Made by a program: the position numbers and the translations under genes. 64,000 bases of DNA from an uncultured Verrucomicrobiae bacterium (GTDB taxonomy: Bacteria; Verrucomicrobiota; Verrucomicrobiia; Chthoniobacterales; Chthoniobacteraceae), in contig CAWHEP010000012.1 in NCBI GenBank assembly GCA_963828525.1, forward strand, positions 1 through 64,000. Reading direction: 5' to 3'. Shown one piece after another: positions 8,552 to 18,907 of this stretch (its first letter is position 1; the number at the start of each line of letters is the position of its first letter). The notes beneath the pieces were generated by a model. It was not told the origin of the DNA, made no database searches, and saw only the letters and a program-made list of their open reading frames with translations.

Positions 8552-10522
8552 TCAGGAAACAACCCACCGTTGCTTGATCGCGTTGGTTTTGTAGGCGCCG
8601 ATCAGTCGTTCGATATGGGCGATCGCCGCCCGGAGATCCTTCCCGCGCTGGCTGTCCGCCACGCGCCTGGGTTTGGCCCACTCGCGCACCACAGTGATGC
8701 TGGGGATGATATCTGCCCCATTGCTGATCGCGGCTTCAATGGATTCGAAACGATGATGGCGGGCGAGAATCGTGCGATGAGGCTCCAGCACCAGTGTGAA
8801 GCCGTGATCCCCGTAGGCTTCGGAAAACGCCCCATCTATCGTGATGGCTTTGCCACTCCGTTTCAGCGGTGACTCGCCCTTCTCCACCTGAACCGGCACG
8901 TGTCCGTTCACGATGAGACCGTGCTCGGCATCAACTCCGAACTCCGCGAGAATTTTTTCGCAGAACCAAGCCTCGTGAATGAGCCTGAAATAGGGGTCCT
9001 TGCTCTCGTGATGAGGACGCGAGTCCTTGATAAGATCACGTTCGAGCGTGGTGATGCGATCTTTGCCAAACAGCGGGGAACGCGGTCCGCTCCAGAGATA
9101 CCACAGAAGATCAAGGTCTTCATGGGAATGCCCATCCATCAGGCCGTACACAGATCGCTCAATCGCCTCGAAGAGCGCCCGGCCCCTGTATTCGCGACCG
9201 CTTACCGCCATCGGGAGAAACTCCCCATCTTCTCCAGCGGGGATGCATCCATGGAAAATGAGATGCTCGTCGCGGCAGAGATACATGTGGCCATTCGCCA
9301 CCATCCAGCGCATCTGCTCCCTGAGTTTCTGGCTTGTCGTAAAGGAGCTGCGGATCCGTTCCAGGCACGCGGTTTCATCGTCAGTCAGCGTATAAGGATC
9401 GGCGGGATCGATCGTTGGGAACAACGAGTCTGCCAGCGGGTAATCCACGCCGTCCACGTGGATCGTTCCAGCGGCGCGATTGATCTGGTGCAGCAGTCTT
9501 CTGTGTTCCATGCCCCACTCCGGATGACGCGCCATCAACTGCCCCTCAAGCTTGAACTGCATGATCGCGATCGCCTTCTGCATGCGCGCGACCGTGATGT
9601 CTTCGCGCATCCCCGTGTTCTTGCCCGCGAACGCGACCGCCGGATCTTCGGCGTAAGCTTTCCTCGTGAGAAACTCCAACGGCTGCAAAAGGATCCCGTA
9701 ACCCTCCTCCAGTTGAAAGAGGCGGCGGTAACGCAGTGAAACACGCAATACGTGGCAGATGAGCGCCTCGTGTCCCAGGCTGGCGCCAAGCCATGCCATG
9801 TCGTGATTGCCCCACACGAAAGAGACGTTTGGCTGCTGCATCAGGTAATCAACCACCCGGTCGCCACGCGCCCCGCGATCCCAGCAATCTCCGGCTATAA
9901 TGAGCTCATCGATCGCCAGGTTGCGGATCACGCGACCGGTGAGATGGATGAGATGCAGCACCCGATCTCGCTTCACCAGTTCATCCACGATAGCCTCCAC
10001 ATACGAGCGTTCCCGCTCAGTAGACGGCTCGTGCAATATTTCGGCGAGCAGATCCCTGAATTCCGATGGAAAAAGCCTTGTCGAATGTTTGAGGCTGCGC
10101 CGCGCGGCGAGAACCCGCACGATCTCGAACAGATCATGAAGCGTCCGCATGGCGAACGCTTTCTGCTCCACCGGATCGCGCATCGTGTTTTCAAGCCTCC
10201 CGGCCACTTCGGCGGGATAGAAGATCAGCGTGAGGAACTCTTGGAACTGATGCGGCTCCAGCTTATCCTTGAACAGCCGCTCGACTAGCGGCCGCAGCGT
10301 GCCGGATGCGTTATTGATGACATGCCTCAGCTTCTTGTCCTCCCCATGGATGTCGCTGATGACGTGGATGGTGCCCTTGGGGAGCGTCAGTTCGGCCGCG
10401 AACCTCGCGATCTCGGCAATCGCAAAATCGATGTTCGGAATCTCGCGAGCGAGTGGCCGCAGCGTGGCCAATTCGTAATCGCCCAGTTCTTGGGCGCCCT
10501 CAGGCAGATCGGTGGGCCTCAT
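8552..10522 (-). CDS. fbp: Class III (Firmicute-type) fructose-1,6-bisphosphatase
   Basis: LTLPKGTIHVISDIHGE, GDCWDRG, WGNHD, FHGCIP, LWYLWSGPRSPLFGK, NGHVPV, IDGAFSEAY. Confidence 0.88.
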   Translation of the reverse strand: MRPTDLPEGAQELGDYELATLRPLAREIPNIDFAIAEIARFAAELTLPKGTIHVISDIHGEDKKLRHVINNASGTLRPLVERLFKDKLEPHQFQEFLTLIFYPAEVAGRLENTMRDPVEQKAFAMRTLHDLFEIVRVLAARRSLKHSTRLFPSEFRDLLAEILHEPSTERERSYVEAIVDELVKRDRVLHLIHLTGRVIRNLAIDELIIAGDCWDRGARGDRVVDYLMQQPNVSFVWGNHDMAWLGASLGHEALICHVLRVSLRYRRLFQLEEGYGILLQPLEFLTRKAYAEDPAVAFAGKNTGMREDITVARMQKAIAIMQFKLEGQLMARHPEWGMEHRRLLHQINRAAGTIHVDGVDYPLADSLFPTIDPADPYTLTDDETACLERIRSSFTTSQKLREQMRWMVANGHMYLCRDEHLIFHGCIPAGEDGEFLPMAVSGREYRGRALFEAIERSVYGLMDGHSHEDLDLLWYLWSGPRSPLFGKDRITTLERDLIKDSRPHHESKDPYFRLIHEAWFCEKILAEFGVDAEHGLIVNGHVPVQVEKGESPLKRSGKAITIDGAFSEAYGDHGFTLVLEPHRTILARHHRFESIEAAISNGADIIPSITVVREWAKPRRVADSQRGKDLRAAIAHIERLIGAYKTNAIKQRWVVS

Positions 10523-10530
10523 GGAGCAAC

Positions 10531-12309
10531 CTAGTGTCCGCCAGCCTGCCGTTTTTGCAGGATCAAATTCAGATTCTGCCGCGCGGCCGCGAAGTTCGGG
10601 TTGATGCGCAGAGCTTCCTGCAATTGCGGGATCGCTTCATCAACATGCCCGGCCATGTAGAGCGCGTAGGCGTAGCTGCAGCGCAGCGCCGCGTCCTGCG
10701 GCGCCAGATTAACGCATTCTTTAAACTGGGAGATCGCTTCCGCCATGAACGGAGCGGCGCCCTCAAAGTCCTTTCTCTCCGTCAGTTCGCGAGCCTTTGA
10801 CGCAAGGGCATTCGCCAGGTTTGTGCGAATGGGAACATTGTCGGGCTTGATCTCGGTGGCCCTGCGATACTCCGGGATTGCCAGATCCAGATTGCCCTGT
10901 GTCGCCCAGGCGAGACCGACGTTATTATGCACTTCCGGATTCTCAGGTTTTAGCCGCAAAGCTTTTTCAAAGTAAGGCTTTGCCGCGCTCTGTTGGTTGT
11001 GACCGTACAGCCACGCTCCGTAGTGATTGTTCCCCTGCCAGGTGTCTGGGTTTTTCTGCAATGTATCAGACCACAAGGAGCCCTCGTCATGATGCGCTTC
11101 CGCCCGGGCCCACGTCATCCACGACAGTGAACCGATGATGAGAATGACTGCTCCCACGAGGGCCGGGCGAAGTGAAGCTGGGGCGCGCTGGTAGAGCATC
11201 GCGCCACCTGCGGCGAGCAAGGTTACGATCCCCACCATCGGCACGTATTGGAGGTGATCCGCGACCAGCGTCAGACGCATGTACGACATCTTCACGAAGC
11301 CCAGCACTGGCGCGAGACTGATGATGAAATAGCCGAGCGCAAACAGCGGCCCCCGTCCCCAGACGTCCCGGAACCGCCAGCACGCATAGCACACCGCCAC
11401 GAGGGCAAGGCCAGGGAGGAACATCCATGCGCTGGGGGGATCGATCTCCCAGTTCGGATAGATCTCTATCAGGTTCAACGGCCAGAGAATCTTCCCCAGA
11501 TAAAACCAGACAGCCATGCCAGCTCCCGCCAATCGCGAGAAAGGGCCGCCTATATGTATCACTTCCCCGCCGATGGCGCGGTAATACTGGAAAAACACAG
11601 TTACGATTCCCATCACCAACGCAACCCCGAAGAATGGCAGGGAAAGGTTTAGGTCCTTCCGGGTGATCTCGCCCCTGCGATACCATGCCAGCAGGAGAAG
11701 GATAAATGGCAGCATGACCACCGAGGTCTTGGCGGTAAGCGCAAGAAAGAACATCGCCAGCGAAACCCAGTAGTAGCGCCGATCCTGGCGTTCCTCAAAG
11801 TCGATGAAAGTCATGAAGGTTAGCAGATAGAACAGCATCGATAGCGTATTCTTGCGCTCAGAGATCCATGCGACCGATTCCGCGTTCACAGGGTGAGTCG
11901 CGAAGAGTAACGCCGCAAGCCAGGCGCCCGGCATCTTGAGCTTGGACAGCAGGTACAGGAGCAGCACCGCGTCCAGCCCGTGCAGGATGATGTTGGTGAC
12001 GTGATACCCAGGCCCGCTCAATCCCCACATTCTCCATTCCACCCACAGGGTGCTTGAGGTGAAGGGGAAGTAGTCCGCGGTCGTCGGAGCGAACCAGAGC
12101 TTCAGCAGGCCGAGCGGATCCGGCATCATCGGATTCTGTGTCAGCAACTGGTCGTCATCCCAGATGAAGTCCCCGGACATCACGGGTATATAGATGGACA
12201 CCGCGAGGATGAAGATGAGGAGAGCCTGGGTGGCGAGGGGAGACAGAGCGTTATCCGGGGCCCTGCGGGCAGGGGCGCGATACGCTGGCTGGATGGTTCG
12301 GGATTTCAT
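10531..12309 (-). CDS. Multi-TM GT-C-like (TMTC-type) membrane protein with C-terminal TPR repeats
   Basis: FIWDDD after TM1, HPVNAESVAWISERK, many TM segments, ADHLQY, TPR motifs (ALRLKPENPEVHNNVG). Confidence 0.8.
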   Translation of the reverse strand: MKSRTIQPAYRAPARRAPDNALSPLATQALLIFILAVSIYIPVMSGDFIWDDDQLLTQNPMMPDPLGLLKLWFAPTTADYFPFTSSTLWVEWRMWGLSGPGYHVTNIILHGLDAVLLLYLLSKLKMPGAWLAALLFATHPVNAESVAWISERKNTLSMLFYLLTFMTFIDFEERQDRRYYWVSLAMFFLALTAKTSVVMLPFILLLLAWYRRGEITRKDLNLSLPFFGVALVMGIVTVFFQYYRAIGGEVIHIGGPFSRLAGAGMAVWFYLGKILWPLNLIEIYPNWEIDPPSAWMFLPGLALVAVCYACWRFRDVWGRGPLFALGYFIISLAPVLGFVKMSYMRLTLVADHLQYVPMVGIVTLLAAGGAMLYQRAPASLRPALVGAVILIIGSLSWMTWARAEAHHDEGSLWSDTLQKNPDTWQGNNHYGAWLYGHNQQSAAKPYFEKALRLKPENPEVHNNVGLAWATQGNLDLAIPEYRRATEIKPDNVPIRTNLANALASKARELTERKDFEGAAPFMAEAISQFKECVNLAPQDAALRCSYAYALYMAGHVDEAIPQLQEALRINPNFAAARQNLNLILQKRQAGGH

Positions 12310-12391
12310 TTTGTCTGCGGATTGACTGCTATTTGGCGGGGACGTCGCGGATTCTATTTGTAATTTTCTGGCGCATTTTTAATCTGCTTCG

Positions 12392-13264
12392 ATGAGAAGC
12401 ATGACCGGTTACGGTCGCGGCCAGAGCGCTTACAACGGGACTAAATTCAGTGTCGAATTGAATTCGGTCAATCGTAAACAGAGCGACATCACGGTGAACC
12501 TGCCACGAGAGCTCGCTCAACTCGAGGCGCGCGTGCGCGACACCATCCACTCTCACGTGGCGCGAGGGCGTCTCAGTGTGATGGTCGTCTGGCAGCACTC
12601 CGCCTCCACCACAAAGCCTGCCCTCGATTCCGCTCTGGCGGCCAGTTACTTTCGGGCAATGCTGGACCTGCAGAAGGAACTGAAGGCCAGCGGCGAGATC
12701 ACCATAGAGACGATCCTCCGGGCCCCCGGCGTCCTCAGAGTCCCAGAGGAAGACCTATCGATGGAAACCGCCTGGGAGCACCTTGAGGGCGCGTTGCGTG
12801 AGGCGCTCCAGGACTTGGTGAAAATGCGAGTCCGGGAAGGCAAGCACCTCGCAAAGGACCTCATCACCCGCCTGAAGACCGTGCGGCAGGCGCTTCGCAA
12901 GATACGGCAGCTCCATCCGCTCGTCGCGCGCAAATTCAGGCAGACTCTGCACGAGAGGATACAGCGCGCCGGCATCGATCTGCCGCCCGATGATGAGCGC
13001 ATCGCGAAAGAAGTTATTTTCTTCGCCGACAAGTCCGACGTGTCCGAGGAACTCATACGCCTCGACAGCCATCTCGCGCAGTTTGCTCACCATCTCCGCA
13101 AGGAGGAGCCGGTGGGGCGCACTCTCGATTTCATCAATCAGGAAATCTCACGCGAACTCAACACGCTTGGAGCAAAAGCCAATGACGCGGAAATCTCCCA
13201 ATTGGTGGTAACGTGCAAAGCGGAGATGGAGAAGATTCGCGAACAGGTTCAAAACATTGAATAA
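12392..13264 (+). CDS. yicC: YicC/YloC family endoribonuclease
   Basis: MRSMTGYGRG, SVN, DVSEELIRL, GRTLDFINQEISRELNTLGAK, EKIREQVQNIE. Confidence 0.95.
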   Translation: MRSMTGYGRGQSAYNGTKFSVELNSVNRKQSDITVNLPRELAQLEARVRDTIHSHVARGRLSVMVVWQHSASTTKPALDSALAASYFRAMLDLQKELKASGEITIETILRAPGVLRVPEEDLSMETAWEHLEGALREALQDLVKMRVREGKHLAKDLITRLKTVRQALRKIRQLHPLVARKFRQTLHERIQRAGIDLPPDDERIAKEVIFFADKSDVSEELIRLDSHLAQFAHHLRKEEPVGRTLDFINQEISRELNTLGAKANDAEISQLVVTCKAEMEKIREQVQNIE

Positions 13265-13868
13265 CGAGGTCCGCCGTCATGGTATTCTGTTTGTCGTTTC
13301 CGCTCCCTCCGGAGCGGGCAAGACGACCCTTTGCGACGCTCTCAGGCAGACGCGCGATTTCGTCTATTCGGTCTCCTGCACGACGCGCCCTGCCCGGCCT
13401 GGTGAAATATCCGGGGAAGATTACTATTTCCTTACTGATCAGGAGTTCGACCGGCATCTCGCCGCGGGAGATTTCCTGGAGCATGCCCTGGTTCATGGAA
13501 GGCGGTATGGGACTCTGCGCGATACGGTGCTGAATAATCTTCATGGCGGCGTGGACGTTCTGGTGGATATCGATACCCAGGGCGCGACGATGATTCGGAG
13601 CGGCGCGACGGATACAATCAGAGATGCTCTCGCGGATGTGTTCATCATGCCGCCGAACCGGGAGGAACTCAGACGCAGGCTGGTCAAACGAGGGACGGAG
13701 ACACCCGATCAAATTGAGCAGCGGCTCGTCAGGGCTTCCGAGGAGATGGAGAGGTGGCGTGATTACCGGTACACAATAATCAGCGGCTCAGTGGAAGAGG
13801 ATTTGCTGAAGTTCAGAGCCATCATGCGCGCCGAGCGCTACCTGAGCAAGCGTCTGCTTCTGGGCTGA
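13257..13868 (+). CDS. gmk: Guanylate kinase
   Basis: SAPSGAGKTT, SVSCTTRPARPGE, YGT, DIDTQGA. Confidence 0.96.
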   Translation: MNNEVRRHGILFVVSAPSGAGKTTLCDALRQTRDFVYSVSCTTRPARPGEISGEDYYFLTDQEFDRHLAAGDFLEHALVHGRRYGTLRDTVLNNLHGGVDVLVDIDTQGATMIRSGATDTIRDALADVFIMPPNREELRRRLVKRGTETPDQIEQRLVRASEEMERWRDYRYTIISGSVEEDLLKFRAIMRAERYLSKRLLLG

Positions 13869-13869
13869 A

Positions 13870-14424
13870 ATGCAAGCAGAGGCGCAAAGGAAGGTCGTCG
13901 TCGTGGGCGTCACTGGCTCCATCGCCGCCTACAAAGCGGCAGAAGTGGTCAGCAAGCTCGTGAAGGCCGGTCACGACGTCTTCACGGTTATGACCCACGA
14001 GGCTGCGAAGTTCCTCGGGCCGCTGACTCTTCAAACCCTCTCCCGCAACCCGGTGATGACAAGTGTGTTCGATGAACGGGAAACGTGGCGGCCTGGCCAT
14101 ATCGATCTGGCCGATCGCGCAAACCTTCTCCTCATTGCGCCAGCAACCGCGAATATTATTGCGGAGATGGCTCATGGCCTTGCGGCAAATCCTCTCACCG
14201 AGATCGTCCTTGCCACTCTTGCTCCCGTTCTGGTTGCTCCGGCGATGAATGGCAAAATGTGGGAGCACCCGGCGACGCGCCAAAACGTGGCGACCCTCAA
14301 GGCGCGCGGAGTCGAGTTTATTGGACCCGAAGCAGGCATGCTTGCATGCGGGTATGAAGGTCTTGGGCGTTTGTGGGACGTGGATGGGATCGTCGCAAGA
14401 GTCGCGGAGATATTGAAGGATTGA
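13870..14424 (+). CDS. coaC: Phosphopantothenoylcysteine decarboxylase (stand-alone CoaC half)
   Basis: GVTGSIAAYKA, HIDLA, APATAN, PAMNGKMW, LACG. Confidence 0.9.
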   Translation: MQAEAQRKVVVVGVTGSIAAYKAAEVVSKLVKAGHDVFTVMTHEAAKFLGPLTLQTLSRNPVMTSVFDERETWRPGHIDLADRANLLLIAPATANIIAEMAHGLAANPLTEIVLATLAPVLVAPAMNGKMWEHPATRQNVATLKARGVEFIGPEAGMLACGYEGLGRLWDVDGIVARVAEILKD

Positions 14425-14467
14425 GGGGTCGCCCACTCCGTAAAGCGCGAGACGCATCCCACCCTCT

Positions 14468-15106
14468 TTGAAGATGCTCATCACAGCGGGGCCGACGCGC
14501 GAACCAATCGATCCGGTGCGCTTTATAAGCAATCGCTCGTCTGGCAAGATGGGCTATGCAATTGCGTCAGCGGCCATTGCCAGCGGGCATGAAGTCACCC
14601 TCGTGTCAGGCCCGGTGTGCCTTCTCCCGCCTGCCGGAGCGCTGCTCGTTTCCGTTATCACGGGCGACGATATGTTCGAGGCAGTCCAGGCGCGAGCTGA
14701 GGATGCCGACATCCTGGTCATGGCAGCCGCGGTTGCCGACTATAAGCCGGCGATGTACAGCGCGAGCAAGATCAAGAAAGATGCTGAAAGTCTCCGTGTC
14801 GATCTGGCGCGCGCTCGCGATATCCTTGGCTCACTCGTTTTCACGAAAAAAAAACCGATTATTGTCGGCTTCGCAGCGGAGACAGAATCGCTGCTCGAAA
14901 ACGCGGCTAAAAAGCTGTTCGGAAAGGACTGCGATCTCATCGTCGGAAACGATGTAAGCCGCATGGATGCTGGCCTGGAGAGCGATGATAACGAATTGAC
15001 GCTCCTCTTTCGGAACGGAGAAACCCGGCATCTCGCGCTCGAGAAGAAAACCGTTTTGGCGGGGAGGCTCGTCAGAATTTTCGAGCTACTGCAAGAAAAA
15101 CATTGA
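14468..15106 (+). CDS. coaB: Phosphopantothenate-cysteine ligase (stand-alone CoaB half)
   Basis: ITAGPTREPIDPVRFISNRSSGKMG, AAAVADY, GFAAET. Confidence 0.9.
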   Translation: MKMLITAGPTREPIDPVRFISNRSSGKMGYAIASAAIASGHEVTLVSGPVCLLPPAGALLVSVITGDDMFEAVQARAEDADILVMAAAVADYKPAMYSASKIKKDAESLRVDLARARDILGSLVFTKKKPIIVGFAAETESLLENAAKKLFGKDCDLIVGNDVSRMDAGLESDDNELTLLFRNGETRHLALEKKTVLAGRLVRIFELLQEKH

Positions 15107-15131
15107 CGCAACATTATTTATTCACTAGAAC
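15103..15131 (+). promoter_or_regulatory. Sigma70-like promoter for the small basic peptide gene
   Basis: TTGACG-N17-TAGAAC in an AT-rich stretch. Confidence 0.55.
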
Positions 15132-15203
15132 AAAATTGCTTGAAGTCGATGTTCTCAAAATTTCCAGACACCGCTACTTGCGGACCGAAAGGGGGGATTA
15201 TAA

Positions 15204-15311
15204 ATGGCAACAAAGAAAGCCCCTGCCAAAAAGCTCGCCGCTAAAAAACCGGCCGCAAAACCAGCAGCACCAGCCAAGAAGCCAGCATCCAAGACCGCGA
15301 AGAAGAAATAG
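15204..15311 (+). CDS. 35-aa Lys/Ala/Pro-rich peptide (histone H1 tail-like), not in ORF track
   Basis: MATKKAPAKKLAAKKPAAKPAAPAKKPASKTAKKK*, with purine-rich RBS (GAAAGGGGGG), upstream promoter and downstream terminator. Confidence 0.75.
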   Translation: MATKKAPAKKLAAKKPAAKPAAPAKKPASKTAKKK

Positions 15312-15342
15312 TCTTCTCGCCTCAGGATAGCCTTCATACCTA

Positions 15343-15380
15343 ATGGGGGGAGAATTTTATTCTCCTCCCATCTTTTTTTT
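15343..15380 (+). terminator. Rho-independent terminator
   Basis: ATGGGGGGAGAAT-TTT-ATTCTCCTCCCAT hairpin followed by T8. Confidence 0.75.
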
Positions 15381-15394
15381 GTAGAGTCCACCTC

Positions 15395-16141
15395 ATGACT
15401 GATTTTCTCGACGCGGCGACTGGCGCGGCCCACAAAGCAGGTGAACTTCTCCGGGCGAATTTTGGGCGTCCTCTGGACGTCTCCGCGTTCGAGGCGCACG
15501 ACATTAAACTGGATCTCGACGTGCGCTCCCAGGAACTGATCACGGAGTATCTCCTGGGTCTATTTCCGGATCATGCCATCTATGGGGAGGAGGGCCTGGC
15601 CGGTAACCAACAAAGCGCTTACCACTGGATCGTCGATCCCATAGACGGCACCGTAAACTACTTCTACAGCATCCCGCACTTTTGCATTTCCATCGCCTTG
15701 CGGCACGGCGAAGAGATTATCGTCGGGGTGATCTACGATCCGATGCGCGACGAGATATGGAGTGTCAAGAAAGGCTCTCCCGCCGTGTTGAATGGTGTCC
15801 CCTGTTCTGTGAGCGCGAGGACTCAGCTTTCCGATTCCATCGTTTCGGTCGGCTTTTCAAAGACAAAGACAACGATCGACTCAGGCCTGCCGCTGCTGGA
15901 GAAGATGGTTTATCGGGCGCGCAAATGCAGGCTCATGGGAAGCGCCGCGCTCGATATGGCATATGTGGCTTGTGGAAGACTCGATGCCTACATCGAACAG
16001 GCGGTTAGCCTGTGGGATGTCGCTGCGGGCAAGATCCTCGTGGAGGCCGCTGGCGGCTCCGCCAGTTTGACGCCGCGCCCTGATATGAAGGACAAGTTCT
16101 CCGTGGTCGCCTACAACGGGAAAATCGACATCTCGGCATAA
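15395..16141 (+). CDS. suhB: Inositol monophosphatase family (SuhB)
   Basis: GEE, WIVDPIDGTVNY, GSAALDMAYVACG, WDVAAG. Confidence 0.9.
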   Translation: MTDFLDAATGAAHKAGELLRANFGRPLDVSAFEAHDIKLDLDVRSQELITEYLLGLFPDHAIYGEEGLAGNQQSAYHWIVDPIDGTVNYFYSIPHFCISIALRHGEEIIVGVIYDPMRDEIWSVKKGSPAVLNGVPCSVSARTQLSDSIVSVGFSKTKTTIDSGLPLLEKMVYRARKCRLMGSAALDMAYVACGRLDAYIEQAVSLWDVAAGKILVEAAGGSASLTPRPDMKDKFSVVAYNGKIDISA

Positions 16142-16150
16142 TCGCTTTCT

Positions 16151-16660
16151 ATGAATCTCTCAGGCATAGGCTACGACGTGCATCGTCTCGTTGAGGGACG
16201 GAAGTTGGTTTTGGGCGGCGTTGAGATCCCGCACTCGCGCGGTCTTGAGGGGCATTCGGACGCGGACGTCCTGATCCACGCAATCGCCGACGCCCTGTTG
16301 GGAGCCGCCGGGGAAAGCGATATAGGTCATCACTTCCCGAACACGGACGAGTCGATTCGAGGCATTAGCAGTCTCGCGATTCTTGAGAAGGTCGCAGCCC
16401 TGTTGCGGGCGAGCGGAGGAACCATAGTCAACATTGACGCGACTCTCATCGCCGAGGCGCCTAAAATCTCTCCGCATCTAGGGCGGATGCGCGATGCGCT
16501 CGCGCTCGCCCTCAAAATCCGCCCTGCCAGAGTGGGAATAAAAGCGACGACCAACGAGCAACTCGGCTTCATCGGCCGGGGCGAGGGGATCGCCGCGTTC
16601 GCTGTGGCGAGCATTCAAATGCCGGATGAAGAAACGTCGGCTGTGCCGATCCCGATCTGA
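16151..16660 (+). CDS. ispF: 2-C-methyl-D-erythritol 2,4-cyclodiphosphate synthase
   Basis: GYDVHRL, GHSDADVLIHAIADALLGA, KATTNEQLGF. Confidence 0.96.
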   Translation: MNLSGIGYDVHRLVEGRKLVLGGVEIPHSRGLEGHSDADVLIHAIADALLGAAGESDIGHHFPNTDESIRGISSLAILEKVAALLRASGGTIVNIDATLIAEAPKISPHLGRMRDALALALKIRPARVGIKATTNEQLGFIGRGEGIAAFAVASIQMPDEETSAVPIPI

Positions 16661-16677
16661 TCGCGGGGAGCGGGCGA

Positions 16678-18076
16678 ATGTCTCTTCATCTTTTCAACAC
16701 CTACACCCGATCTCTGGAGCTCTTCGAGCCGCTGGATATCATCGGAAAGAGAGTGACGATGTACTCATGCGGGCCAACGGTTTACAACCACGCCCACATC
16801 GGAAATTTCCGGGCTTACGTCTTTGAAGATGTGCTGGAACGTCACCTCGATTATCTCGGGTTCAAGGTGGAACGCGTCATGAATCTAACGGATGTGGATG
16901 ACAAAACGATCCGATCCAGCCGGGCGGCGGGCCTGCCTCTCGCCGATTTTACACAGCCATTCAAGGATGCGTTCTTCGAAGACCTGAAGCTGCTTCGCAT
17001 CCGGCAAGCTGCTCATTACCCGGCCGCAACGGAGGGTATTTATATCGCGAAGATGATCGAAATGATCGAGTTGCTGATTGCTCGCGACTTCGCTTACCAG
17101 GCTGAGGACGGGTCGGTTTATTACAGGATCAGCGCCTTTGCCAAGTATGGCCGTCTCGCGCATCTGAACCTAGACGAGCTTCGCCCGAGCGGTCGCGTGA
17201 GAAATGACGAGTATGAGAAGGAGAGCATAGGCGACTTTGCGCTGTGGAAAGCGTGGACAGAGGCGGATGGCGGCGTGGGCTGGGAAAGTCCCTGGGGCAG
17301 GGGCAGGCCTGGCTGGCATATAGAGTGCAGCGCGATGGCAACCGCGATCCTGGGGCCGCGCCTGGATATTCATTGCGGAGCCGTGGACAATATCTTTCCG
17401 CATCACGAAGCGGAGATCGCGCAGTCGGAAGCCTGCACCGGCGAGCAGTTTGTTCGCTATTGGGCGCACTGTGGGCACCTTGTGGTCGATGGTCAGAAAA
17501 TGGCCAAATCGCTTGGTAACTTTTTCACGCTGCGCGATCTGCTTGCAAAGGGTTATACCGGTCGTGAGGTGCGTTACGCGCTCCTCAGCAATTACAGGCT
17601 GCCTCTTAACTTCACCAGCGAAAGTCTCCCAGCCGCGCGGAACTCGCTCGCGAGGATTGACGAGTGGCGCGCCCGGGTGGGCGCGCTTGCAGCGTCCTCT
17701 CCTTCGCCTTACGCGCACCCTTCACAGGCAAAGTGACGACGACGCGCTGAACGATGATTTGAACGTCTTCGGAGCGCTCGGACATCTCTTTGATATTATC
17801 CGGGAAACCAATCGGGCCATGGACGCAGAGCAGTTCGCGCCCGGCGATGCAAAAGCCCTGCTATGTTGGTGGGAGCGCATAAACACGACGCTCGCGCTGG
17901 ACCCGGACGCCACCCCGGTCCCGGAACACACTCAAGCCCTGGTCAGCCGCCGGAAAGCAGCTCGCGAGGCCAAGGATTGGAAGCTGAGCGATAGTTTACG
18001 CGCGGAAATCGAGCTGTCAGGCTGGATAGTAAAGGATACAAAAGAAGGGCAGAAACTTACCCCGGCGTCTGCATAG
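16678..18076 (+). CDS. cysS: Cysteine-tRNA ligase (frameshift near 17700)
   Basis: CGPTVY, HIGN, GRPGWHIECS, FPHHEAEIAQ, KMAKS; anticodon domain (ALNDDLN...KDWKLSDSLR) in next frame. Confidence 0.95.
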
Positions 18077-18094
18077 ACAGGCTCCCCATACCTT

Positions 18095-18772
18095 ATGTTC
18101 GCCGCGCAGGATTTTCTCGATCTCAACCATACTGAGCACCAGAAGCTTTTCGAGGGCGGCGCTCCCGTGTGGGACGCCCTGAAACAGATCGCCAGCTACC
18201 TGCGCTTTCGCATGAAGCCCGCGGTCGAGGGGAGGCTGGTGGGGAAGCCCTTCATAAGCGACGCGGTCTTTATCGGCAAAGGCACGGTCATCGAACATGG
18301 CGCAATGATCAAAGGCCCCGCGTGGATCGGTGAAAACTGCGAGATTCGCAACGGTTGCTACATCCGCGAGAATGTCATCGTGGGCAACGGCGTTGTGCTT
18401 GGAAACTCCTGCGAGTTCAAAAATTGCATCGTTCTGGATGAGGCTCAGGTTCCACACTTTAACTACGTGGGGGACTCAATTCTGGGCTATAAGAGCCATC
18501 TGGGTGCCGGTGTTATCCTGTCCAATGTAAGGCTGGACCGGGCGGAGATCGTCGTGATGGGACACGAAGGCGCCATTCCCACCGGGATGAAGAAGTTCGG
18601 CGCGATTGTTGGCGATCGAACGGAGATTGGCTGCAACGCTGTCATCAGCCCAGGCTCATTGCTGGGCCGGGACTGCATCATATACCCAGGCGCCCATTTC
18701 CGAGGGGTTGTCTCCGCGAACAGAATTGTGAAGCGCAAGGAATCGCTTGAAATAGTCGAGCGGCGCGGCTGA
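18095..18772 (+). CDS. GlmU-like left-handed beta-helix acetyltransferase domain protein
   Basis: Hexapeptide repeats, LGNSCEFKN, PHFNYVGDSILG, KFGAIVGD. Confidence 0.8.
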   Translation: MFAAQDFLDLNHTEHQKLFEGGAPVWDALKQIASYLRFRMKPAVEGRLVGKPFISDAVFIGKGTVIEHGAMIKGPAWIGENCEIRNGCYIRENVIVGNGVVLGNSCEFKNCIVLDEAQVPHFNYVGDSILGYKSHLGAGVILSNVRLDRAEIVVMGHEGAIPTGMKKFGAIVGDRTEIGCNAVISPGSLLGRDCIIYPGAHFRGVVSANRIVKRKESLEIVERRG

Positions 18773-18907
18773 AGCTTTGGAGCGAGCTCGAGTTGTGAGA
18801 CGCTGCCCGGGCAGCGCCCTGGTTCTGAGGCAGCTTTCTCACGCTCGATTCACCCATTCCCCCCTTGCCGTCCCTGTGCCCCTCTGCTAAAGAGCAGACT
18901 CCTCGCG

